From Octopus vulgaris (Eukaryota), in contig OX597821.1 of the NCBI GenBank assembly GCA_951406725.2, positions 12,276,001 to 12,340,000 of the forward strand: a stretch of 64,000 bases of DNA, in the 5' to 3' direction. The notes beneath the pieces were generated by a model. The model saw only the letters and a list, made by a program, of their open reading frames with translations, had not been told where the DNA came from and did not search any database. The translations under genes and the position numbers were made by a program. Positions within the stretch are counted from its first letter, which is position 1. Each line of letters starts with the position of its first letter. Of this stretch, positions 27,503 to 39,426 are shown in pieces.

Positions 27503-27806
27503 GTCACCGTCACCGTCACCGACCAGGCTATTAGATGTTGCTACACATCGCTGGTCACAATGCGCTTCGCATTGTTTTAGCCTTCAAATGACGCCACCCC
27601 GCTGGCTAAGCGGGCAGGCCAACAGAAGAAAGAGTGAGAGAAAGTTGTGGCGAAAGAGTACAGCAGAGATCGCCACCACTCCCTGCCGGAGCCCCGTGGA
27701 GCTTTTTATGTGTTTTCGCTCAATAAGCGCCCACAACGCCCGGTCTGAGAATCGAAACCTACGACCGCGAGTTCGCTGCCCTAAACGCTGGGCCATTGCG
27801 CCTCCA
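27503..27806 (-). mobile_element. tRNA-derived SINE with (GGTGAC)n tail
   Basis: Minus-strand head ggaggcgcaatggcccagcg..ggtttcgattc, GC-rich body, short tandem-repeat tail. Confidence 0.75.
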
Positions 27807-27812
27807 CATATG

Positions 27813-27876
<64 letters not shown>

Positions 27877-28286
27877 CGTAGTGGTTACGTGTAGCATGTA
27901 AAGAACTACATCTTGTCGTACGATTGGGTTGTGGATGTTCCACTCTCCCGACAAACACCTAGTGGTATGGATGGTGTTTTTCGACTGACACCTGCAAGGT
28001 GACAAACAAAAATTAGCAAATGAAGAATGAACTCAGTAGTGGTATCAACTGCCATAATATAACCGGGAGTGAGAGAATCCTACTCTTTGAGTTGAAGCCC
28101 CTTTAGCAGAAGGAAATTGCATAACGGTACCGGAATCATTGTTAAACCAGTGATCTTGGTGCTGCTTTTATTCTTTGGAACAAATTGATTTGGATATGAG
28201 GCTTCGTAGTATTTTCAGCAAACTGTTACTGAATATAAAATTTCAACCGTCGGTGATTTTACAGCCAGTACATCTGTGAGTGAGAG

Positions 28287-28344
<58 letters not shown>

Positions 28345-29556
28345 TGTGTGTGTGTGTTTGTGTGTTTCGCCTTGCCATGAAATTTATTCCACATACTAGA
28401 CTTAATTCCTTCGCCACATCTTGTTGTCCAAGATACAATTAACGCTAACGAATCAACACTTGAACAAATAAGGTGAATTTCAAATGCACTCGCGTGATGC
28501 CTTGGTTGGTTATCAAATATCGGAATTCTGCTGTGCACTTGAGATATGTGAGAGACATTAGAATTGTTATTTAAGTTAGCAATGGAATGATTTCTTCAAA
28601 CAGTTGTTTGAAGATAAATATTTTGTTAAATACAGTATTTATTGGTGTACATAATTTCATATGTTAGATCTAGCCGGAATCTTTGTCTTCTTGGTAAATA
28701 TCAATTCATTAAATCAGTGCATAGTTTAACTGAGAAAACGCGGTGTAGCTTATTAGAATTTGCTGGAGATTTGTACCCTGTCTCACAATTTGCAGCTTCC
28801 AAATTCTTTAGTGCAAGAGGTTCCTCCAACAATTCTTCTTCATGCCGATCTTCCGTTGACTGCACTAATTGTTTTGTTTCCCGTTTTATAAATGTCATGA
28901 TGCCATCAATCCATTTATATTCCGGATCCTCATCTTAGCGTTTTCTTGGTTCTTTTCCAACAACAATTATGACATTTCCAAACTATCTCAGGATTTTTCT
29001 CAGACTGTTCTTTAGGAGAATTGCACTCAGTTCCAATTTGGTCATACAAATGTAGATGAGTTCTTTTATTCCACCTTGCCAATGTTTAATGTTTTTCCAT
29101 AACACCAAACGTCGAAGCTCTATGTTTTCTATCAGGAATTTTACAACTTGCGCATTTAAATTCCTTGGTTGCTACTGAGAATGCCAAATTAAGATAAAAT
29201 TTCTACTTTCTTTCCTCATTTCTTGATGTGTTTTATAGGAATCCTCTTAAAAGTGATAACAGAAGATTTTATCATGGCAATTTATCTTTGTAGTTTTTGC
29301 TGTCATGACGTTCATTTGCGTTAAACTCTCTCAAGATAGCAAATTTCATATACCACATTCATTGCCATTCATTTTATGCTTATATTTATTATATGTTTCT
29401 CGGATAATATCCATCAGTTGTACATGGGCGGGAAGACTGTATCTCGAATAAAGCTACATAACGAAAATATGCTTATATTGTTTCTAACAGGAGAACGCAA
29501 TTCTGATGGAAAAGGAAGTCGAACACTCCGAGGATTTGGTGTGTCGGAACTATATG

Positions 29557-29650
29557 CACCTACCTACCTACCTACCTACCTACCTACCTACCTACCTACC
29601 TACATACATACATACATACATACATACATAATACCTACCTTACCTACCTG
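29557..29650. repeat. (CCTA)n/(CATA)n microsatellite
   Basis: Direct reading. Confidence 0.9.
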
Positions 29651-29777
29651 CAGCAACAATACCAAGCGCTTCTACGATGCATTGAAAGCGCCACCTACGG
29701 GCCATAGTCCATAGGAAAAACATCATCACTATGTATGCACATCTATGCATATGTGTGAGTGTTTGCGTGTGCGTGTC

Positions 29778-29824
<47 letters not shown>

Positions 29825-30492
29825 GAAAGAGAGAGAAAGGGAGAGTAATAATTAGTGTCCTTTACACGGGAAAGGTTTACAATGACTCATCGTCATCCCT
29901 AGGATTTTGTTTACTTCTTATTGATTCGTATAGTCTTTGGTAGATTTGGTTTTTGAGAAGAATAGCTAGACTACGCGGGTGTTAATTGAGATACTTTGTA
30001 GAAATAGCAATTAAATGTGTAGGAAGTGGTAAATAAAAGGAGGATTGAAACAAATTATGTGTTTGTAAGTTGATTATCGTCAGAAAGAAACGGAGGTGAA
30101 ATTTAGTTTTTGGTTAGTGTCGTCAGACGTAGAAGCCAAGGCAGAAATACGTGTGTCAAACTCAATCCACATTAAAAGATGCTGGTATGTGTGTTTTTTT
30201 TTTTAGATTTCAAAAAGTATGTATGCGAAAATTACGCCTAGTCAAACAGGGTAGGTCCGACTCAACTTGGATTTGGTGTTGGTGTTATTAATTTTCTTCG
30301 AAGAAATTTTGAAGTGGGTACTTCGGATAGGTTAAGTTGGGGAGACTGTTACTATAAACATTTTATAAGGATTTCCAAAATGCTTTGTTCAGTTATGATG
30401 TATGAATAAAGACAAACGTATACATCTAACTGTCTGACGTTAGGTATTCATATGTGTACACATATGCAAAACTGTGTACTTATATAAAAGCA

Positions 30493-32467
30493 CGTAACCC
30501 GACATTTCGTCCGATGTGACTTTTCGTCCGATGTCACTTTGTCCAACATCACTTCATCTCCGTCTTTTTGTCCGATGAATTTTTTTGTGCAACGACATTT
30601 TGTTAAATTTTAGACAAACCTATTAGAAAACAAGGTGAACATCACAATCAAATAATCATTGAGAATTTTATTGATAAGATTCAAATAAAATACTGTGAAA
30701 AAATGTATTCAAGAAAAGTCATTTAAAAAAATTAATAAGATGCAACTAATGATTTATTACGATCACTTAATATTGATGCAAGTAATATGGCACACACTTC
30801 AAAAACATAAATTTTCTGTTTTGACCCATATTCAATGACCAATCTTTTGAGGCATTCAGTTATTCCTCGATATCGTGTACATGAATTTGACGGATCTCCT
30901 CGAAGAATTTGAGTCATTTTACTTTGAACGAACCCTCCCACTTCCTTCAGAGTTTGATTAATCTCTAAATATTCAAATGTGCTCCACTCGCCGAATGCTT
31001 TATCGCAGATGAATCCCCTCCGCAGCATTATTTGTTCTGGGAAGTTCTTAAAGAATACGCTGATTAACATTCCATACACCGATCGGGAATTAAGTGGTTC
31101 TCTCCTTCCTCTAGCAACACCTCCTCTCACAACGCCTATGTAAGTCAAGTCAAAATAAGCGATACATTCTGCAGTTATTTCTTCATCGTCTGTTAATTCT
31201 TGGTAGGCCTCTTCAACGGGTAGGAAGGCTAATGCTGAAAAACATCGACTTTTAAGACAGAATTCTGAGTCGTAATTGTATTTTTCTTATAGGCTTAAAT
31301 CCGTAATTCTTCGAAATACTGAATGGCTCAAATGAAACAAACATGCCACGATAAATGAATTTGGGAATGATGCAATGCAACTACGAATTCTGCGCTGAAA
31401 ACAAGCGGATATACATAATTTTCAATTGCTCGACAAATAATTAGTATTTCTGCTTTGTTTTATTTGGCAGTAATGCATAGACTAGTGGAAAACTACTACT
31501 TTCAACAGGTACATGAATGTTAAACAGTTCAAAACCACTGTTCTGGTACAATGCTGAAGTTCTATCACATGTCCTATGACGATATGATGCTGTATCCTGA
31601 AGAGCACTTCCTGATGCAAATACTATTTCGCGCTGTTGATCCTCGATACCCTAATCGTATGTCAGAAACTGTTCGCTATTATCAGGTTTACAATATTTTT
31701 CAGGTATTTCAAAACAATTTCTAGTACCTGGATTAGCGGGAAATCCAGAATTTTCTCTCGGCACCTTTGAATAGTCCTGGAAAGTAATGCAAGCGATAAA
31801 GCTGTGAACAAGTTTTTCTGTTAGCTGCCTAAGTTTAGCCACTGTTATGCTACGCGATCTTGCTTCTATGTTTTCCCTTGCTTCATGCTTCATTTCTGCA
31901 ACTGCTTTTCTCGTACTTAACGAATTTACATCAGCTGGATGAAGGTACTCACTAGAAAAACAGATAATTTTTGGTTCATTTTTTTCCGTTATCATGTGAA
32001 TTCACAATGAACACAACCTTTTTTGCTCACATCTCCAGTATTCTTTTCCTAGTTTTGTATTGCTTGAATGAAAATCGTAGATCTTATTACTTTCATCAAC
32101 TACTTTTCTTTTGCTCTTGGTCCATACTTTGAACTTCGCCATTTCGCGATGGATAAATTTAAAATGTGTACTCTAAATTTGCAGCACTCTCTATACACGG
32201 CGCCATACTTAAGAGAGAGAAGGAAAAAGAGAAAATAAACTGTTAACAGCGAAGGAAAAAGAACGATAATAACAATCCTATTACGGAGCTCGTTATAGTT
32301 TTGTGAATATGTCATTAGAAACATTTGACCTTGTTTTCTAAAGAGTTTATTTAAAATTGGACAAAAAGTCGTTGGACAAAAATACATCGGACAAAAAGAC
32401 GTCGGACCAAAAGATCTGGACTAAATGACGTTTGACAAATTGACAGCGGACGAAAAGACATACTACC
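30493..32467 (-). mobile_element. Decayed Mutator-like (MULE; Phantom-like) DNA transposon with repetitive subterminal inverted ends
   Basis: 9-bp TSD ATAAAAGCA / ATAAAATCA (8/9). Ends are built of tandem ttt(c)gtcc(g)a units, inverted between ends. Minus-strand remnants YWRCEQK, FPLVYALLPNK, CLFHLSHSVFR, CFSALAFLP. Confidence 0.75.
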
Positions 32468-33819
32468 ATAAAATCATATATGTAAACTTGTTACAAGTAT
32501 AAATAAGATCGAGGTTTTTTTCAAGCTGTAAGGAAGCCATTTACTGTATTTTTTTTTCATGAAGGAAAATTGCTTGCAGTAGACAAATGGATATAGATAT
32601 ATGAATTCGCTTCCTGAAAAGTGAAACATGCCTTTAATCAAGTTTATAAAACATTCCGAACATCAGTAACACCAGATGGAATTCGCAATCAATCTTCACC
32701 CTCCTTGCATTTTACCACATGCCACATGTGAGAGATGGCAGATGGTCTGCCAACTCATCTCATATGACTGGGCAGATTACTGCTTCAATGACCAAGTGTA
32801 TAGAGTTGAAGATTATGCAGAGCTATCGCAAGCATTACTACCCTACCAGACTCCTTTCAAATGCTTGACAAATTATTGGAAACCATTGCTCTCAAAACTA
32901 AACATCGCAGCAGCAATATATGCTGTGAGAGAGCAATTAAGATCATGCAAGAACTACAGGCCACAACAATAACAAAGTCAATCTGCCATTGTGTTTCATT
33001 CTCTTTATTAGACTTGCCGCAGCTTCACTATTGACTAATTTGAATTTATGTGCATTACATTCCTTTTGTTGTTCTGGAATACAGAATAAATGTATTTCAA
33101 CAGGTATGGATTAAACGTTTTGGATCTTTTCCCCCTTTTTTTATATTTTTCTATCAGGGTTCTAGTTTTTGGAAATCCAGCCGAATGCAACCAAGCATAA
33201 AATTTTTTTAAGTCAGTCATGGGGCAAGATTTTTAATCAAATACAAAAAGAACATTGATTTTCATTATCTTCGAACAAAAACTCATCAGAATATGATACA
33301 GGAGATACTAAAAAGTTGTATTCCTAGTGCACACAGCACGGTGAGATTCTGTGACGAGGTTTTGAGTAGGTGTTCTGCTTGCTACGGACAGGTCTTCTTG
33401 AGCACGGCAAAGCACCAACTATCCCGATCCATTGTCACATCCTCTGTATGCCTCAATATCTTGACTTCAGAATTCACAACCTTATCCCATACTGCTTGGC
33501 AAAGATCTCTAATAGAATTTAATAAGTCATATAAAGATGATGCAATACCACTATTTAGTGCATCACCTTTATGAAACAAACAATTAGTATTGCATCATCT
33601 TTGAACACATTTGATAGGACACACGAAGATAACTCCATCATACAATGTTTTACATCAACATCTTGGACCTTCCCATTCTGCAAGTAGATCTTGTGATTCA
33701 GCTCTTTCATCATTTATATTGTTAATGAAGCCAAATCTCCTGGAAATAAATCATATATGGGCAAATGCCAAAGGAACTCGGGTCTATGAAGATAAGTGGA
33801 TAGAAATAGATTCTGCTGA

Positions 33820-34258
33820 GTTCAAACGTAAAATCTGTGTTTTTGTATCACTCTGAAACATGGACAGCCACCTGCAGGAACTACAAGAAGATCCAGACCT
33901 TCATCAACAAATGTCTCCGGCAGATCCTCCGTCTGAAGTGGTTCGACAGAGTGCCAAACACGACCTGTGGGAAAGGGCCAACCAGGAGCGCTTACATGTT
34001 CAGGTTAGACGAAGGAAATGGAGATGGATCGAACATACACTGCGGAACGAACCCTGAACTGTCACTCGACAAGCACTTGACTGGAACCCGCAGGGGAAAA
34101 GGAAGCCAGGACGCCCGAATCAGACTTGGAAGCGGAGCACTTTGGACGAGCTCAGGACCATCGGACTGACATGGGAAGCAGCCAAGAAACACGTCAATGA
34201 CCGCAAAAAATGGAAAACAACTGTTGAGGCCCTATGCTCCACAAGGGGCAAAAAGGAT

Positions 34259-34289
<31 letters not shown>

Positions 34290-34375
34290 AAGAAGAAGAA
34301 GAAGAAGAAGAAGAAGAAGAAGAAGAAGAAGAAGAAGAAGAAGAAGAAGAAGAAGAAGAAGAAGAAGAAGAAGAA
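33820..34375 (+). mobile_element. 5'-truncated RTE-clade LINE 3' end with (AAG)n tail
   Basis: LYHSETW..IQTFINKCLRQIL, RRRKWRWIEHTLR, ALDWNPQGKRKPGRP..TWKR, VEALCS; stop, then (AAG)n at 34259-34375. Confidence 0.88.
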
Positions 34376-35238
34376 AATGGATTGATTGCACTGGTCAACA
34401 AAATTCGAACTTTTGGCTGTCCTATGAAAGTGAGCTTAGTTGTGATCCTCTACAACTTCTTCCGCAAATGGTGTATTTTTTTGAATAGTTGAGAAATATT
34501 CAGCTGAAACTGGCTATGTCCATCAGGTGTCACACTGATTCTGTCCCAGATTCACATTGATGCCACATATATCTATGGAATACTCAGACAAATTGGACTA
34601 TAATTAGATCGTGAACCTGTAATTAAAAGGCCTAGCCATGTCACACTGGGTTGTATTGATTCTACTTATGGCTTATGTTGTGAGTCCATATTTGCTGTGG
34701 TATACTCGGCAAGTTATATGTTAATATAATGCGTAACCATAAGACTACAAGCGGACAGAATCATTACTGCACTGGGCAAAATGCTTTACATTCTGAGTTC
34801 AAATTCAACCAAGGTTGACATTGCCTTTCAACCCTCGAGGGTTGATAAAATAAATACCATTTGAATGTGTAATCAGTTCAATTGATTATACGACTGGAAT
34901 GATCATCCTACAAACAGTTGAAGATCCATTTCCTTTACTTTTTGTTTACTTATACACATAAGCAAATGAGCCACTGAGGCAATCTCTGTGTGTTTGTTCA
35001 ATTTGCTAGAAATAACAGCCAAACCGCCCCCACAATATGCTCTAACATTAAACAAAATGAAGGACTCATTAAATAATTTTGACCTACATCTTCAATAAAA
35101 ATACAGAAAGGCTGCATCTGGGCTGACCTGGACTTAAACTGAAAGACATTCGATGCAGCGAATGTAAACACGGAAAAACTTCACGAAATATATGTAAAAT
35201 ATATATGAAAAATTTGTGAAATATTCACAATAAAATAT

Positions 35239-35441
35239 TACTCTTTTACTCTTTTACTTGTTTCAGTCATTTGACTGCGGCCATGCTGGAGCACCGCCTT
35301 TAGTCGAGCAAATCGACCCCGGGACTTATTCTTTGTAAGCCCAGTACTTATTCTATCGGTCTCTTTTGCCGAACCGCTAAGTGACGGGGACGTAAACACA
35401 CCAGCATCTGTTGTCAAGCAATGCTAGGCGGACAAACACAA

Positions 35442-35476
<35 letters not shown>

Positions 35477-35646
35477 CATATATACGACAGGCTTCTTTCA
35501 GTTTCCGTCTACCAAATCCACTCACAAGGCATTGGTCGGCCGGGGCTATAGTAGAAGACACTTGCCCAAGATGCCACGCAGTGGGACTGAACCCGGAACC
35601 ATGTGGTTGGTTAGCAAGCTACTTACTACACAGCCACTCCTGCGCC
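35239..35646 (-). mobile_element. Young tRNA-derived SINE (family A)
   Basis: Reverse complement of 19995-20413 with few differences. Confidence 0.9.
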
Positions 35647-35855
35647 TAATAATTGATAAATATAAATTTTTATTAAAACAAAACACGCGTATGAAGTAAA
35701 TCTCGTGATGTGAAGAATCAACACAACACAGCGTGCGGGTGAAGTGAAACACAATACAACGTACGGTTGCCATGGTAACAAGCAGCTGTTTGTTGAGTGG
35801 CTAAAATTGCCTAAATTTTCTCAAGTGTAATTTCAAATAACATCGGATTCTTTAA

Positions 35856-36074
35856 CCCTTTAGTATTTAAACCGGCCATATCCGGCCAAAATAGTTAATC
35901 TGTTTCATGTTCAAATTGACCAGATCCAGGCCCTCACACCTACCCTACAATGCTATTCTACATTAAGTAATTACACCATCAAGATCTTGAAGATATGAGA
36001 TAATGCATGATTAATTCAAATCAATGTGAACCAATAAGCATTATGTTTGATAGAATAATCTGAACACTAAAGAG
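35856..36074. mobile_element. piggyBac-type MITE (219 bp)
   Basis: TTAA on both sides; imperfect TIRs CCCTTTAGTATTTAAA vs CTCTTTAGTGTTCAGA. Confidence 0.7.
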
Positions 36075-37558
36075 TTAAATCAAGAGATAAATTAACTGGT
36101 TGATCGCCCTCCCCCCAACACATCTGAACGCCCTCCCCCCAACACATCTGAAACAACAGTAAGACTATGATAAATGTGGAGACAAATGCAGTGTCTTTAA
36201 TTTTTGTAAAATCGATTATTATCTGATCCATATATACTGATATATACGTGTTCAGTTTCATACTCGTTCCAGTCAGCTATACATTAAACCAAATGACATG
36301 ATATACTATCATTGCATTGAGAAGAAAATAAATATTTTACCCTAAGTATGTCAAGTAAATCACTGATTCTTTGTTTATAGAAAAAAAAATCCAAATGGTT
36401 TGGTGCGTATAAATTAGAGATATGTTCCGGTGTGCGGAAATTGAGACTCTGCACGATATTTAGATAAAGCCTGCAGAACTGACCCGATAGGTAGCTAAAG
36501 GTGAATTGTTTTATGTATTTTGAGTGATATGGTAGTGTTTTACGTACGAAGATAGATACGTCTTAACTCAACATCGAAGTGCTTTCAAATCGGGCAGAGA
36601 GATGTTAGTAGACACGCAAATGTAGAACATTTCACACAGAAGCCACGTGACAGGAAACCAATAAACTCCAGATTTTAGACCTCATGTATTTTGTTACCTA
36701 AATATTTATTTTCTATCAAGATCGATTCGTCTGGTTTACAGAACTTGCTGATACTGTACTCACTTCCATTTATACCAACTCGTATCGCTCATCAACCTTG
36801 CTGCTGTCAGTTTACTTTCTAAAATAATACTAATTCCGTTCTAATCAGATTGGATGCCGTCTAGAATTTTGTACACATAATTGCGTTAATGCCTGCAGCA
36901 CGAAACAGGGAAGCGATGAAGTGGAAAATAGAAGCATTTCTCATAAGATTTTCGTTACTACAGACGTAACCATTTTCTTCAAAATATGTCTCAAAACCAT
37001 TTTTGTCTTAAATGTAAACTATTTTTGTAATATATTAGCACATATAAATAACCTTACGCTGCTGGCATATTGTATGAAAGGAAATCGAACATTCGTGATT
37101 CGAACTCAACGGGTGATTAGCTCCTGAATATGAAATAACAAAATTATCAAAATTTTGCTCGTTAACCTCTGCAGCGCTACTTTGCGACATAATTTCTTAA
37201 TATTACACAATCCGTATAAAATAAATAAAATAAAAAAAACAACAGCAAATCAATGCAAACCATTATTATGAGATGGTCTCATGTGAACTTGTTAACAAAA
37301 GACCGATTTTGAGATAATTGCATTTAGACTCGGAATTAATACAAAAGGAAATATTTCTTCAATTGTAAGACATAAATCGATATACTATAGATTTGGAACA
37401 TACTCAATTGTTAGGAACTGACGTAAAACGTATTACTGAGGGACGTCCAAACTCTTGAGAGCGTTGGACTTGAAGTCTGTAGATGTATAGACCTGACATA
37501 TTTTACATCACGTTAAATATTATTGTTCGCAATAAAGTACACAGAACTACTTACTTCT

Positions 37559-37594
<36 letters not shown>

Positions 37595-37650
37595 TAATGA
37601 TAATAATAACACGACGACGAGGACCACCACCACCACCAACAGTAGTAGTA

Positions 37651-37732
<82 letters not shown>

Positions 37733-37767
37733 TAATACCATCTTAACATTTAATATATCATACATAA

Positions 37768-37900
37768 GGCGGCCAGCTAGCAGAATCATTAGCACGCTGG
37801 GCAAAATGTTTCAGCGACATTTCGACTGTGTTTAATTTCTGAGTTCAAATTCTGCGAATATCGACTTTGCCCTTCATCATTTTGTAGTCGATAAAATAAG
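37768..37900 (+). mobile_element. tRNA-derived SINE (family B), 3'-truncated
   Basis: ggcggccagctagcagaatcattagcacg..ctgagttcaaattc..tcgactttgcccttcatc..gtcgataaaataag. Confidence 0.75.
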
Positions 37901-38417
37901 GGCGTCTTATGAGATTATCATCTAACTGATGCGTCGATCAGATCATAAGCGCACACGAGCCTCTGTCGCATGGATTTAGGATACCATCTCTCATTTTAAT
38001 TCAAACTACTTCAATCCGCATTGTGTCTTAATTTTGCGATAGTTGTTGACAAATCGGAAAGTCAAAAGGTTTCAGTTGCTATTTTACACGTTGAAGAGCC
38101 CAGGTTAATACATTGTCAGCTTTATGTTCTATGTTTAGGAGCAGAAAGGAAGAAAATCGTTATATTTGTGCACCACAGAACTAAGAAAATACATCGTTTA
38201 TGGAGACTTTACAAATTGCTCCAAATAATGCAGAAATCCGTCCTGATCAAAAGGCTTATCGGTTGGGAGGAGATCGTTTGACACGGAATGTGGAAAAAAA
38301 TGATATACAGTCATTTTATTGTAAAAATTGCCCGGCAAAGACGGGTTACTAGGCTACTAATAGATATATGGAAACATTGCGATCACACACACATAAAAAG
38401 TAAGGGCGTGAAAAAGT

Positions 38418-38453
<36 letters not shown>

Positions 38454-38494
38454 TATGTGTGTGTGTGTGTGTGTGTATATATGCATGTATGTAT

Positions 38495-38705
38495 ATATAA
38501 AGTTAATCCAAACAAGAAAGCACAAAAAAGCACAACAACGCGAGGACGTGGAACAAATATAGTATTATTGGACGCTCAGGAAAGAAGGAAAGGAGGGTTT
38601 AACGTTTCGAGCGGAGCTCTTCGTCGGAAACATAGGTGAAGGAAAGATCCAGAGAAGGGAAGACAGAGGAAAAAAAATCGCCAGCGGTACACACGAGGTC
38701 ACATT
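38495..38705 (-). mobile_element. Short (TA)n-flanked PLE-terminus-like element with minimal HHR (38597-38631)
   Basis: Minus strand: GTTT-CCGACGA-A-GAGC-TCC-GCTC-GAAA-CG-TT-AAAC. Nearly the same element recurs at ~60040-60210. Confidence 0.65.
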
Positions 38706-39426
38706 TATATATATGTATATATATATATATGTGTGTGTGTGTATGTATGTATATATATGTATATATAACATATATATATATATATTCGTCATTGGTACAG
38801 GGTTTTAAATTTTTTTGTTCATTTGCCCGCTTTCACCTTTGTGTTCGAGTGAAAACGTGTGGTTTTGTCATGTTGACTGCTATATTTAGCATGTTGGTAC
38901 TGCTTGTTAGTACTCGACACATAGTTAGAGATATCGAGAGATGAAAAAAATATATAAGCAGACAGTCATGTATACATAAAATAGACGGACATGTAATGAA
39001 ATATAGAGCGAGACTGAGGGAGAGAGAGAGAGATAGAAACTGAGAGAAAAAGAGAAACAGAGATAATGCACAATATTTTATGGTTTCATTTGCCTAAAAA
39101 AATTTGAAAGCAAATAGACGTCGTGGATCTCTATATTGCTCAGGATTTAACGAGTTGAAATGGATTCTCACGACAATATGAACGTGCCATAGCTTGTAAC
39201 TGGTCTGGTTTGATGAATCGGATTTAGACTTAGACGGTCTGCTCCGACACGCGTTATCAAATTTCCCAATATATATATATTTATATATATATATATTTGG
39301 AGCTTTAATAGATGCAAAACGTGTCGGAACACACCGTCTAATTCTAAATCTCATTCATTTATATATAAGAGAACAAGTGGAACGTTACGCCGCAATAATA
39401 TATGTATAAAAAATATATATAAAACT

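Noticed and set aside
28560-29300. Possible decayed DNA-transposon coding sequence (minus strand, CxxC motif)
   Set aside because: No catalytic motif, TIR or TSD could be established.
30500-30610. CRISPR-like short repeats (also 32358-32460 and 44145-44230)
   Set aside because: Units are adjacent and degenerate with no unique spacers, the context is eukaryotic and there are no cas genes. They are explained as transposon subterminal repeats or a minisatellite.
36105-36152. Direct repeat cgccctccccc(c)aacacatctgaa x2
   Set aside because: Simple local tandem duplication with no further structure.
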